64,000 nt of DNA, taken from sequence record NC_049340.1; one strand, given 5' to 3'. The notes under the pieces are model-generated. The model saw only the letters and a program-made list of their open reading frames with translations. It was not told the DNA's origin and made no database searches. Shown one piece after another: positions 8,603 through 19,707 of the stretch; positions within the stretch are counted from its first letter, which is position 1; every line of letters begins with the position of its first letter. A program made the position numbers and the translations under genes.

Positions 8603-11600
8603 ATGTTATATAAAAACAGTAATCAAGTAATACCACAAGAGGCAAGAAAAGATATCAATAATAAAATTCTTCACTTAATTGAGACAGGTGATTTGCAAGG
8701 GTTGAGTCGAGAAGATATTTATAATGCATATACAGGTGATGGTGGTTTACATGGGTTAGAGTTCAAAAATTACAATTCATTCTACGATTATACAGAGGCT
8801 AAGAAACAGGTTGAGAATGGTCAATTTTTTACGCCAGCAACTACTGCACAAGATGTAGTTGATACTTTAATGGTTCAACCAAGTGATTTAGTTGCAGACC
8901 TTACGTGTGGTCATGGTTCATTCTTCAATTACCTACCAACTCAATCAAATATTTACGGTAGTGATTTAGATAATAAAGCTGTAAGAGTTGCTAGATTTCT
9001 TTACCCAAAAGCAAATATAAAGAACCAAGACATTAGAGAATATGAACCAAATGTAAAGTTTGATTCAATCATAATCAACCCACCATTAATTTAAAGTTTG
9101 GTGATATGAGTTCTCAAATGTATGTTTGTCAAAAGTCTGCTGAGTTAATGAAACCACTTTCTTTGATGGCTTTAATTGTTCCTAAATCATTTTTGAATGA
9201 TGAAATGATTAATAAAAAGACATTGAGCGAATGAATGAGTATTTCAATTTCGTTGGTCAGTATGCGTTAAATCCGAAAGAATTTAAACAAATGGGTGTTG
9301 ATTATTTCGAGACAAAAGTAATGTTCTTCCAAAGAAAATCAGAATTTGTTGATGATGTTCCTTTTATTAATATCTACAATGAACGTGATTATATTAAGGC
9401 TAGTATAGGCGATTTAAGAGCAGTTAAATCAACTTTAAAGGCTAAGACCCTTTCAGAGATTAAAAGCGATGATTCTGACTTCTCATATAGAGTTAAGAAG
9501 TATTTATATGAGTTTAAAACACACAAAAACTTACAATACTATTCTTCAAAGGCTGAGGCGTTAATTGAAAAATTCAATACTCAAAATAAACCTGAGGGGA
9601 TGGAGTATAAAGAATGGGATAATATTAAATTAACCGAGGCTAAAGTATTAGCAACATTTAAGCGAGTTATGAAAAACGCTTATATAGTTGACCGTGATGT
9701 TATCCGAGTTGTTAAGCAGAACCATACGTTCAAAATCAAGCCATATAGCGGTAAAATGAAGCACGTAATTTCAAAAAAGGTATCAAACCCTCATATGAAT
9801 ATTTCACAGCTTGTAGCGTATCGTGGTGAGTTTGAAAAGTTCCTAACCGCATGTAAAGTTTTAAACTTAGATACTACAGAATTAACAAAGGTTGTTAACC
9901 GAAAGTATAAAGATTATTTACTACACAACGCAAGCATTAAGGATATACAACCTAGTAAAGAAATTAAACGTTTTGTAAATAGCTTTAAGTTTATTTCCAA
10001 AGGTAAAGTTTGTAAACTAACCAAAATTCAAAAAGAAGATATCGGTAAAGTTTTAACTAGAAAACACACACTACTTGGTTGGAGTATGGGTGGTGGTAAA
10101 AGCGTTGCTTTGTTGTGTATGATTAAATATATAAATAAACACAAATTATCTAAAAATGTTTTTGTGACTGCACCAGCAATTGCATTGGATTTAACATTAA
10201 AGAATTTTTTATCTCATAATGGTGTTGATTTTATAGAAATAAAAAACGCTAACCAACTTAAAAATATTAAAGATGGTAAAGTAGTTTTAATGACTTTGGG
10301 AAGACTTAGTATGTCTAAGGATTCTGTTAAAGAGTTTGTTAAATCAAAGAGTAACAAAGTTAGTATTTTGTTTGATGAGGTGGATGAAATAAAAAACAGA
10401 TTATCTAAACGTTCACGAGCAGTTATTAATGCTTTTCGTAGATGTCACCGAACATTTTGTTTTACTGGAACACCAACAAGAAACAACATAAATGAGATAT
10501 ATGCTATTTTAGAATTAATGTATAATAATTCACATAATATGATGTGTGAAGTGTCTTCTATTTATACACAAGACAAGAAGAGTAAAGAAATAAAAAACAA
10601 ACCAAATAATAAAAAACAATTACCGTTTGATGCATACTATGGGTTTGGTTTATTCAAGTCTTGTTTTTCACCATCAAAAACAACAGTATTTGGTATAAAG
10701 AAAGACACCCAAAATATATTTAATACTGATGAGTTAAAACGAATTGTAGAACGCACAGTTATTATTAGAAGTTCTGAGGAACTAATGGGTGATAAGAAAA
10801 TTATTAAATCACACTTTGTTCAACCAAATTTAGCGGAACGTGAATTACAGGAGACTATAATGAAAGAATTTCATCAAATATGTTATACATACTTTAGGTC
10901 AACTGGAAATAGTAGAAAGGAATCATATCTAAGAATCATCAGAATGATTAATTTATTGATTAAGAGTTGTACAGCACCACATTTAATGAATGATTGGAAC
11001 GGTCAAGGATTACCAACTAAATATTCAAAGGTTCTTAAAATGATTGGCGAAAGACCAAATGAACCAATTATGATTGGGTGTGTAGGTATACCAAGTACAC
11101 AAAGTTATTATGATGAAATAAAAAATAAGTATCCAAACAGACGTGTGTATTATGTTGATGGTACAATACCTTTTAAAAAAAGAAAACAAATAGTAGATGA
11201 ATTTAACAACTCAGATAATGCAATATTAGTAAGCAACCAAGCATCATTAAAATCAAGTGTTTCTATAGAGAAATGTAATACTGTTATAATACCATCTTTG
11301 CCATGGAATTATGCTTCGCTTTCACAATACTTCTATCGTGCAATTAGATTTGATTCTGAACATAAAACAGAGGTTCATTTAATTACATATACTGATAGTA
11401 TTGACTTAAATGTATTACAACTATTATTAAATAAAGAGAAGATTAATAATTTCATTAAAACTGGTGATGAATCAACAGATGAAGAAGTAAATGAAGAGTT
11501 TGGTGTTGATGGTGATGTATTAGGTAGTGTTATTGAAAAATATTACGATGAAGAGGGTGGTATGAGATTTATGTTAGGTTCTGAATCAAAAAGAGTGAGT

Positions 11601-11603
11601 TAA
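8603..11603 (+). CDS. N6-adenine DNA methyltransferase fused to an SNF2-like SF2 helicase (about 1000 aa; two apparent 1-nt deletions at 9086-87 and 9214-18)
   Basis: GQFFTP, DLTCGHG (motif I) and NPP(F); helicase GWSMGGGKS, LFDEVD, TGTP, QYFYRAIRF. Restoring one T and one A fuses ORFs 8555..9094 and 9231..11603. Confidence 0.8.
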
Positions 11604-11604
11604 T

Positions 11605-12371
11605 ATGAAAAATGATTTTATAATAGATAGGGTTGGTGAAAGATATTACACAAATCAAGGATATGAAATAGAAATAATAAGATATAATGGGTATTATGAT
11701 ATATCGGTTAAGTTTCTATCAAGTGGACATGTTGTTGAAACAACATATACATCAATAAAAAATGGAACTATAAAAAATTTGTTACATAAAACGGTAAAGG
11801 GTGTTGGTTGTTTTGGATATGGTGAATATAAATCTAGGAATAAAATATATGATACATGGTTTCATATATTAACTAGGTGTTATTGTGAAAAAACTCATAT
11901 AAAACAACAACATATATTGGATGTAGTGTTGATGATTATTGGCACAATTATCAAAAATTTGCTGAATGGGTGGATGTAGAATATACAAAAAAATGTATCA
12001 AAATTGATAATAAAATGTACCTTGATAAAGATTTGTTGGTTAAAAATAATAAGATTTATTCAAAAGATACATGTGTTTTTATACCAAATGATGTTAATGT
12101 TTTAATAACAAATAGACGTAACTTTAGAGGCTGTTTACCTATAGGTGTAACTACATCAAAAAATAGGAATAAATATAGAAGTCAGATAAATATATACGGA
12201 AAACGTATTGGTTTAGGGTATTTCGATACACCATTTGATGCATTTAATGCATATAAAGAAGCAAAAGAGAATCATATAAAAGACATTGCTAATAAATATA
12301 AAAATGAACCGTGGATGTTAGATAAATTGTATAATGCTCTTATGACATACGAGGTTGAAATAACGGATTAA
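11605..12371 (+). mobile_element. Free-standing HNH-type homing endonuclease with C-terminal AP2-like domain (apparent 1-nt deletion near 11908)
   Basis: Joined frame reads KQPTYIGCSVDDYWHNYQKFAEW; DKDLL..NKIYSKDTCVFIP..VN; AP2-like YRSQINIYGKRIGLGYFDTP..AF.AYK.AK. Confidence 0.75.
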
Positions 12372-12373
12372 TT

Positions 12374-12404
12374 TTTGTAGTTTAAAATATAAGTGTTATA
12401 TTTG
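12374..12404 (+). promoter_or_regulatory. Sigma-A promoter
   Basis: TTTG 12374-77, 19-nt spacer, TATATTTG 12397-12404. Confidence 0.75.
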
Positions 12405-12425
12405 TAGAGTAAAAATCGAAACAAT

Positions 12426-12707
12426 ATGCAAGTAGATATAAAAAATAGTAACGGTATGTACACATACATTTTAGAATGTTCAACAGGCACATGCGCTAAA
12501 TCACATTCAGAATGGATTGAAGTTATAGAAACACCATTAACGAAAGATGATATTGAATTTATGATTCTAGAGTCTAAAGATGATTGTGGTGATTATAAAG
12601 TATTTGGGTCTTATTTTAACTATTATCAATTATTCACACTACATGGTTGGTTATTAAAAAGAAAGCGTTCAATAACAGATATAAATCAGTTAAGAAATGA
12701 AGATTAA
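12426..12707 (+). CDS. Hypothetical protein
   Basis: 93-aa ORF after the promoter. Confidence 0.65.
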   Translation: MQVDIKNSNGMYTYILECSTGTCAKSHSEWIEVIETPLTKDDIEFMILESKDDCGDYKVFGSYFNYYQLFTLHGWLLKRKRSITDINQLRNED

Positions 12708-12873
12708 AAATATCAAATCAAATAAAAGATATTCAGCCTTGGGTACATGTGGTATGAGTAACGGTATTTTATTTGAGGGTGAATTAACAAGTATTGATAG
12801 TTGGGGTGCGTATCTTAAATGTGATAGGGTATTATACACCTATGTAATAAAGACAAACTAAAAGAAATTTAAT

Positions 12874-13710
12874 ATGGACATACTAAGTAAATTAAATTCA
12901 ATAAAAGTAGAAAACTCTTCAAGGATTCCAGTTGATTTATATGATAAACTAACAACATTTAGTGATGTTATGTTGAATGGAATTGACAATGTACAAAAGC
13001 ATTTAGATTACCTTAATGTATATGACCAATGTTCAGAAAAGTATTTTGATAAAACAATTAGTGACCTTGAATATAAAATAAAGTCCTTTAAGATAAACTT
13101 CATAACAGACTGTATTAATTCAATCGAAGCTAGATATTTTATCATGGTTAAGCGATTACACCATAGATATTCTTCATATTCTACTGATTTATTAAAGCAA
13201 TTTAAAAACGAGACACCAACCATTGAAAGTATCTTAGATATTGTATTTGAATATACAGAGGGTGTATCATTGGAAGAGTTCGAAAAGAAAAGAGCAAAAG
13301 AAAAGTTCTTTAATGAACTTGATGACCGTTGGCAAAAACCATTAGCAACATTTACAAAGAGTGGTGTTGTAACATTACCTGAGTATATATACATTCATAA
13401 TGATGGGTATATTCATTCTAATGGTCGTTTTAGAAGTTGTGATGTATATGATATAAAATTACTATATCGTGTATTAAATCTGTTCGAGAATGATTCCATT
13501 GAATTATGGGATGATAAACAAAATATAAATGAATTTGAATATGATAACTATGTTAATCCACTTGCTGGTAAAACAGTAATTGAGAATGATACGTTATTAT
13601 CCGAGTTCAACATAAGTAAAAAAGGAACAATTAAATTAAGATTCAAAGAAAAGGAAAATGCTAATAAGTTTTTTCACTTCTTTAACCTACACAAAACCAC
13701 AAATAGATAA
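12874..13710 (+). CDS. Hypothetical protein, paralog of 14009..14935
   Basis: N-terminal ILSKLNSIKVENSSR and C-terminal ISKKGTIKLRFK..NANKF match the paralog. Confidence 0.75.
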   Translation: MDILSKLNSIKVENSSRIPVDLYDKLTTFSDVMLNGIDNVQKHLDYLNVYDQCSEKYFDKTISDLEYKIKSFKINFITDCINSIEARYFIMVKRLHHRYSSYSTDLLKQFKNETPTIESILDIVFEYTEGVSLEEFEKKRAKEKFFNELDDRWQKPLATFTKSGVVTLPEYIYIHNDGYIHSNGRFRSCDVYDIKLLYRVLNLFENDSIELWDDKQNINEFEYDNYVNPLAGKTVIENDTLLSEFNISKKGTIKLRFKEKENANKFFHFFNLHKTTNR

Positions 13711-13711
13711 C

Positions 13712-13928
13712 ATGAAAAAAATTAGTATTACTTATCACATTATTAGTATTATCAACAGCATGTGACCCAATTACAGAGCATGGCAAAGAAATGCAAAAAA
13801 TGGAATTAAAGGAACGTCAACTGGAATACTTAGAAAAGTTATATCGTATAAAAAGTGACATAAACCACAAACTATTAATGAAAGAATTGGATAGTTTGGA
13901 AAATGATATTCTAAAAAAGTATAAATAA
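13712..13928 (+). CDS. Predicted lipoprotein (apparent extra A in run 13715-13721)
   Basis: Corrected frame: MKKLVLLITLLVLSTA-C-DPITEHGKEMQK...KKYK*. Confidence 0.55.
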
Positions 13929-13930
13929 TA

Positions 13931-13990
13931 TTGTGTATTAAAAATTCATTTCTTATATTTGTAGGGTAAAACGGTGATGGTTAAACCATC
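13931..13990 (+). promoter_or_regulatory. Sigma-A promoter plus GATGG..CCATC leader hairpin (copy 2)
   Basis: TTG 13931-33, 20-nt spacer, TATATTTG 13954-61; gatggt-taa-accatc 13976-13990. Confidence 0.7.
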
Positions 13991-14008
13991 CATTAAAAAC
14001 AAAATAAA

Positions 14009-14935
14009 ATGAGTTTATTAGACAAATTTAGTGCAGTTGAAGTAAAGAATGTTAATAGATTAAATGAAGAAGATTTAGAGTATGTTAACAAAAAAAGTTC
14101 TGAATATAAAAGAATCCTAGAATATAACAACAAATTACATTCAGCATTAAAGACCGTTCTTGATTCAAATATTGATGAATATAAAGAAATTTCATTCCAC
14201 ACAAAACCTTATCACACTTATGTACATAACAGCAATGATAGTTTAGGTTTAATTAGAAAAGATATATCGAACTTACATTACCATTATATTGGTGATATTG
14301 TTGGTTACTTTACTAAGAAGTATAATATTACTTGTGATGCTGAAAATTTCGAAATCATACCAAACTATAAGAGAAGCGATTTATATAACCACAAAGCGTA
14401 TCCTGAGTATTCTTATCACGGTTCAGAAAAGAGGTTCGAGAATATAGAAAATGTTGTTGTTGATTATAATGATATTATTGATTATTTATTCAAACACACA
14501 GACATGGTAAGTTTCGACCAACACAAAAAAGAGTCAAGTGTTGCATTATTAAAAGATATGTACCGTGCAGATTCACACCGTGCAGATATTAAGGTAGCAA
14601 AGAATGGTAGTGTACAAATGCCAACATTTATGTCATGTCCTGAGTATCGTAAATTCGAGAGTGAGAATACAAATAAAGTAACATCACTTAGTGTGGTACT
14701 TGAACAAGTTTATTATGAATGTGGTTCTATGTTCAACGATAAGCTATCACCAAGCGCATTTAAAGACACTTTTTGTGTTGGTAAACCATATAGCCCAAAT
14801 ATTTCTGAACAGCACTCAAAACACGTTGTTGGTGATGATATAGTAGAGTATTACCACTTAAACCAAAGCGGTGCTTTAAAAATCAAGTTCAGAAACGCTC
14901 AAATTAGTTCAAAGTTCATTAATAAAATTAAATAA
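14009..14935 (+). CDS. Hypothetical protein, paralog of 12874..13710
   Basis: N-terminal MSLLDKFSAVEVKNVNR and C-terminal LNQSGALKIKFRN..ISSKF. Confidence 0.75.
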   Translation: MSLLDKFSAVEVKNVNRLNEEDLEYVNKKSSEYKRILEYNNKLHSALKTVLDSNIDEYKEISFHTKPYHTYVHNSNDSLGLIRKDISNLHYHYIGDIVGYFTKKYNITCDAENFEIIPNYKRSDLYNHKAYPEYSYHGSEKRFENIENVVVDYNDIIDYLFKHTDMVSFDQHKKESSVALLKDMYRADSHRADIKVAKNGSVQMPTFMSCPEYRKFESENTNKVTSLSVVLEQVYYECGSMFNDKLSPSAFKDTFCVGKPYSPNISEQHSKHVVGDDIVEYYHLNQSGALKIKFRNAQISSKFINKIK

Positions 14936-14974
14936 CGCGATACATAATTAAAATAAAATTTGTATATTTGCTTT

Positions 14975-15699
14975 ATGAAAGATAATAATTCACACAAAAT
15001 ACCATTTAAAGATTTACCAAAAAAAGCTGTAAATGGTACTGTTGTTTTTAATAATGTTTTTTACACAATAACCGCAGTAAATTCTGTTGAGTTCGTTGCT
15101 AGAAGGGTAAAGATGTTTTCACCAATTTAACAAAACATTTACACCCATATGGTAAAACTGGAATGATTGATAAGTTTGGTAAGGATGTACCTTTCTTTAT
15201 TTTCAAAAAAGATACACCGAGAAAGGATACACCAAAAGAACAAATAGAAGGAACGCCATTTAATGAGGTTGTTACCACAAGTGTTGAATCAATCAGAAAA
15301 GCTAACCTAACAAACCACATTGTACAAATTGGTGATTCTAAAGAGGGTGGTTTTGTTACTGCTGATAATGGTACTGAGGTTATTGTTAAGTTAAAGAATG
15401 GATTATTAAGAAGAATTAATAAAAGTTACCTACACTATCAAAAGGTGTGGTATACAAAAAAGAATTACAAAAGGTTGTGGTTTAAGTATATTTCTAACCA
15501 AGAGTTACCATACAACGAACCAAAACTACAAACAAAGGGCAATCCATTTAAAGAATATAAAGAACTATTATCAAGGTTTGATAAAGATTATATTATGACT
15601 GATGACCCACGTGTTAGAAAGTATCAAGAACAAATACATGACCAAATGAATGTTCTTTGGAATAAGTTAACACCAAAACAAAAACAAAAATTAAGTTAA
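14975..15699 (+). CDS. Hypothetical protein (apparent 1-nt deletion near 15122)
   Basis: MKDNNSHKIP...KMFS joins the 15163 ORF when one base is restored. Confidence 0.55.
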
Positions 15700-15714
15700 C
15701 ACCATCAACATATT

Positions 15715-15843
15715 ATGAAAGAAAATACTTTACATATAAACAAACCTTCTAAGGCATTATTGTCTTTTCTAGATAAGCTTAAGGAAGATAAAAGAAAGAC
15801 TAAAGAAGATTTAAGAAATAATAAACATCTTTATTTTAAATAA
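15715..15843 (+). CDS. Small hypothetical protein (42 aa)
   Basis: MKENTLHINKPSKALLSFLDKLKEDKRK...YFK*; below the ORF-track length cutoff. Confidence 0.45.
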   Translation: MKENTLHINKPSKALLSFLDKLKEDKRKTKEDLRNNKHLYFK

Positions 15844-15861
15844 AACTTCTTTTCTTTTTTA

Positions 15862-16136
15862 ATGGATAAAATTTTCCCTTTACCTCATCTAAGGTTAATA
15901 AATATCTGATTAAATTCAGTGTTTTTGTAGGAAATCACTCATCAAACATTCAAGTAATTGATTTAGTTTTTGAGCTTGTAGAACAGAAAGAAGAAAATAT
16001 TTCTTTTGTTGATTTGTTTAAAATTTCTAAGTTGATATTGAACTATCTATTGACACATGATGTCGTTCTTTATTATTATTGTGATACAGAATTAGGGTTT
16101 CCAAAACAATTATACAAATGGAAAATCTATTATTAG
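15862..16136 (+). CDS. Hypothetical protein (apparent 1-nt deletion near 15880)
   Basis: Corrected frame: MDKIFPFTSSKVNKYLIKF...VVLYYYCDTELG...YY*. Confidence 0.4.
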
Positions 16137-16372
16137 GAGTAGTTATTATTTTTATTTCTGAGTATTTATATTCAGTATACCAAAAGAAACAAAATGATAA
16201 GCGTGATGAGGCGTTAGTTAGTATTATTGAAAATATTATGACTGATGAAACGCTTGACCTTGATACAAAAATCTCAAAATCTTTTGAGTTATGTATACAA
16301 AAAGGTGAAGTATCTTCTATGGCTTATGAAATGATTGATATATTTAGTAAAACCGTTAACCAAAACAAATGA
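16118..16372 (+). CDS. Hypothetical protein with N-terminal transmembrane segment
   Basis: Hydrophobic N-terminus LLLGVVIIFISEYLY. Confidence 0.6.
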   Translation: MENLLLGVVIIFISEYLYSVYQKKQNDKRDEALVSIIENIMTDETLDLDTKISKSFELCIQKGEVSSMAYEMIDIFSKTVNQNK

Positions 16373-16659
16373 CAGAAGTAACAAACTTCAATGATGAAGT
16401 AAAAAACAATGAGAAGCCAGTATTAGTTGATTTTTATGCTAATTGGTGTATGCCATGTAGAATGTTAATGCCAGTTCTTAGTACAATTGATTCTGATGAA
16501 TTTGATGTTAAGAAAGTAAACATTGAAGACCATGCAGATGTTGCACGAGAGTATAATGTACGTTCAATTCCTTCTTTAATTTATATTAAAGATGGTGTGT
16601 CATATCCTATTCGTAGCAGAACCAAACAAACAATATTAGAAGAAATCGAAATGTTATAA
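16369..16659 (+). CDS. trxA: Thioredoxin
   Basis: PVLVDFYANWCMPC active site and YNVRSIP. Confidence 0.9.
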   Translation: MTEVTNFNDEVKNNEKPVLVDFYANWCMPCRMLMPVLSTIDSDEFDVKKVNIEDHADVAREYNVRSIPSLIYIKDGVSYPIRSRTKQTILEEIEML

Positions 16660-16718
16660 AAAATTGCACCCATGGGTGCAATTTTTTTTGTTTATCTGAA
16701 ATACTTTCATTATATTTG
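16658..16718 (+). promoter_or_regulatory. 30-bp perfect palindrome abutting a sigma-A promoter
   Basis: aaaaaattgcacccatgggtgcaatttttt (16658-16687); TTTG 16687-90, 20-nt spacer, TATATTTG 16711-18. Confidence 0.8.
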
Positions 16719-16880
16719 TCATATAAATAAAAGATATGGTAACAATTTATAACGTAGAAGTAGTTTCTGATTGGGTAAATAACCCAATAGAGGTTATGCA
16801 AAAATTCTTGATAACGCAATCAAGGAAGTAAATAAAAAAAGTAACAATACAATTAGATTAACCGTAAAAGATATAAAGTA

Positions 16881-17365
16881 ATGAGTGTAGATACAAACTT
16901 ATATGTAAGAGTAACCGAAGAATCAAAACTAAAGGTATTACAAACAGTTAATAAAGCCGTTAAGGATGGTATTTAGCTGGAAAGCGTAAAGCACATAAAG
17001 AATCTAAATATAGCGACAAATCAATGTTATGTTGGATGTTCCGTGATGAAGTAAAACCACTATGGAAAGGTGTGGAAACATACACATATAACTTTGAAAC
17101 ATTCACCATCAACTATAAATTTAATGGCGAACATAGGTCTATATTTTTATGTTTTTCACATTCATATAAAGATGAAATTGGTGATTTTGAAAAGTTATAT
17201 GTTAGTTTGGGTATGTCAGGTAATACAAGACTTCCAGTATTTGGTGCAATTATTGAGGCACTAAGAGAAGCTAAATACGAACAATGGTTCATCAATAATG
17301 ATTGTGATGATAACACACCACCACATTTCGTAGATGATAACTTTAAAATTTCTGATTATGAATAG
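16881..17365 (+). CDS. Hypothetical protein (apparent 1-nt deletion at 16972-74)
   Basis: MSVDTNLYVRV...KDGI joins the 17024 ORF when one T is restored. Confidence 0.55.
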
Positions 17366-17726
17366 ATGGTTCAAAGACTTCCAAACAAATAATACATTTG
17401 ATAAAATATTCACATGGGTTGTTGTATTAATAATAATGGTTGTTGGTTTAGTTGTAATTACATTCTTTAAAAAGGATGATTTATACTACGAGAACACTTT
17501 TATATTTGAAATACAATATACTGATGGTATGGTAGGTACTGATACAATAAAAACGGTAACAGTATATAGGAATGGAATGCACCACTTTTATAATGGATGT
17601 CTATATGTAGAGGAATCATATGCAGGTGGTCAAGGGAATAAACCAACATCTAAAATATGTGGTGTTAGGCGATATAAATTAGTTAGACGAAATTCAAAAA
17701 TAATACAAAATGTTACAAAAGATTAA
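17358..17726 (+). CDS. Hypothetical membrane-anchored protein
   Basis: Transmembrane segment IFTWVVVLIIMVVGLVVITFF. Confidence 0.65.
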   Translation: MNRWFKDFQTNNTFDKIFTWVVVLIIMVVGLVVITFFKKDDLYYENTFIFEIQYTDGMVGTDTIKTVTVYRNGMHHFYNGCLYVEESYAGGQGNKPTSKICGVRRYKLVRRNSKIIQNVTKD

Positions 17727-18150
17727 AAAGTTCTTTAGGCAGTTATTTATGACTGATATTGAGCGAATGTTTGATGACCGTAGATATGTTGTTAAACTTG
17801 TGAGCAAGTTAATTAAGGATAAATTCATTATTTTAGGCACACTATATAAGATGGATGATAACTTTAATTTAACAATTGATAATTTATTACTTGATGAAAT
17901 TAGGGTTACTTTTATTAACAAAGATGGTGTTGAAATTACATTAAGATGGTACTATAATTCATTTGGATTTGTTGGATACTTCTTTGAGCAACCAAAATCA
18001 CATGAAGTACTAAGACAAATTGATAATATGGAAACATTGAGGTTCTTGGTTGATTCATTATATAACACCGTTACAAAACATACGGAAGAGTATCTAAAAA
18101 AGGAAGTTGGTAATTGGGCAAAGTCAGGGTTATTAAGTAATAAAATATAG
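17710..18150 (+). CDS. Hypothetical protein
   Basis: 146-aa ORF. Confidence 0.7.
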   Translation: MLQKIKKFFRQLFMTDIERMFDDRRYVVKLVSKLIKDKFIILGTLYKMDDNFNLTIDNLLLDEIRVTFINKDGVEITLRWYYNSFGFVGYFFEQPKSHEVLRQIDNMETLRFLVDSLYNTVTKHTEEYLKKEVGNWAKSGLLSNKI

Positions 18151-18154
18151 TTAT

Positions 18155-18181
18155 GGCGCACTTCGTGCGCCTCTATACATA
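18155..18181 (+). promoter_or_regulatory. GC-rich triloop hairpin followed by an ATACATA motif
   Basis: ggcgcac-ttc-gtgcgcc (18155-71) with no U-tract; ATACATA 18175-81. Confidence 0.5.
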
Positions 18182-18209
18182 TACAAAGACATTTAATGCA
18201 CTATAGACA

Positions 18210-19703
18210 ATGATAAGACTTTCACAAGTAACGGCATTTGAGATAAATAATTCGGAGGATTTCGCAAGGGATTTAGATTCTCAACCAAAGTTATATTTAT
18301 ATGAACAGAATGTAAATACTGGTAGGGTTGATAAATTATTCATACAAGATGATTCCAGTACAACATCAACTAAAAGAAAATATTCATATGCACCATTTTG
18401 GCGTAATACTTTATTAGGAACAACAAATTTCTTTCCTGAGCAAAGTACAATGAATGTAACAAATTATCACACCAATGCATTATTACAAACAGTATTGGGT
18501 AAGGCTACATTACCAAACATGGAATATAAAGTATGTTATTTATATTTCAGTAGAGGTTTTTTAGCGGATGCATCAATAATTGGTAATGCTATTAGGTTGT
18601 TTGTTAGATTATCTAACGGTACTGAGGTTACTTTAGCATCTATTGCTGATTTTAAAAATGATAGTTTAGTATCGGCAGTTCCGAATAAATTATTTGAGAA
18701 TCAGATATTCGCTGAGGCATTAAAATTTGAGATACCTGATGTTGATTTTATTCTTAATTCAAACAACGTTGATATTGTTGCATTAAGGACACGTTTGTTT
18801 GGTACTGAACGACCATCAAAAATACACATTGAATATTCTGCATTTACTAACGACACACAGGATGTTTATATTGATAATTCAAAGAACTTTACAAGGTTAA
18901 ACTTTTCTGCTATAAATCAACAGACCATTGATATAGGATTATCTAATGAGGCATTATTCGCAAAGGTTGAGTATGGTACTGATAATTCGTTTTTACAATC
19001 ATCAATAGCACATCAAAAGTATTTGGTAGAACTATATTTAAATACGTTAAAGGAAAGTGGTGCATCATATAAGGTTGAACATGTATATAGTATTAATGTT
19101 TATAATAGTTCAAATGCTGTAATCGAAACTAAGCAGGTTGTTTTACGTGACCCAGTTAATAAGTTTAATACTGTTCAATATAGACCAGTTGTTAGTCCAA
19201 CGGCTGACCACATGAATGTTGAATTAACGGTTAGGATAGAGAATGAACAAACAGGTGTTGTTATTAGAAGAAGTACATCAATGGTTGTAACATCTTCTAA
19301 TATTTCAAAATTCAAAACGGCATCAACATTTACGTTAAGTAATTTGAGTGTTGATAGTGTAACCAACAAAACGACAAAAGAGGTTAAACAAATTGTTCAG
19401 AGTTCGGAAGTTCCTAATTTCGTACAATTAACAAAGAATGTATATGTACAGGTTCAAAGTACATCTGACAATCTTAATTTATTGAATGCTGAATTTACTG
19501 CTAAAATTAATGTTACGTTAAATGTTACAGCACAGTCAAGAACATTCTTAAAGATTGATAACTTGGTTATTCAGAATGAGGGTTCTGATTTAACTACTTA
19601 TAAAATACCAGCAATAGCATATCAAACTAAATCAACATCATATTTGATATTGGATGCTAACGGAAATGTAATAACACAAGGAAAATTAACAAAAACAATT
19701 TAA
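18210..19703 (+). CDS. Putative virion structural protein (tail/baseplate-like)
   Basis: 497 aa, S/T/N/V-rich and beta-strand-like; preceded by ATACATA rather than a host-type promoter. Confidence 0.45.
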   Translation: MIRLSQVTAFEINNSEDFARDLDSQPKLYLYEQNVNTGRVDKLFIQDDSSTTSTKRKYSYAPFWRNTLLGTTNFFPEQSTMNVTNYHTNALLQTVLGKATLPNMEYKVCYLYFSRGFLADASIIGNAIRLFVRLSNGTEVTLASIADFKNDSLVSAVPNKLFENQIFAEALKFEIPDVDFILNSNNVDIVALRTRLFGTERPSKIHIEYSAFTNDTQDVYIDNSKNFTRLNFSAINQQTIDIGLSNEALFAKVEYGTDNSFLQSSIAHQKYLVELYLNTLKESGASYKVEHVYSINVYNSSNAVIETKQVVLRDPVNKFNTVQYRPVVSPTADHMNVELTVRIENEQTGVVIRRSTSMVVTSSNISKFKTASTFTLSNLSVDSVTNKTTKEVKQIVQSSEVPNFVQLTKNVYVQVQSTSDNLNLLNAEFTAKINVTLNVTAQSRTFLKIDNLVIQNEGSDLTTYKIPAIAYQTKSTSYLILDANGNVITQGKLTKTI

Positions 19704-19707
19704 AGAT

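Noticed and set aside
9080-9235. Programmed ribosomal frameshifting in the MTase-helicase and other split genes
   Set aside because: No consistent slippery heptamer or stimulatory structure. Two successive shifts would be needed, and the same indel pattern occurs window-wide.
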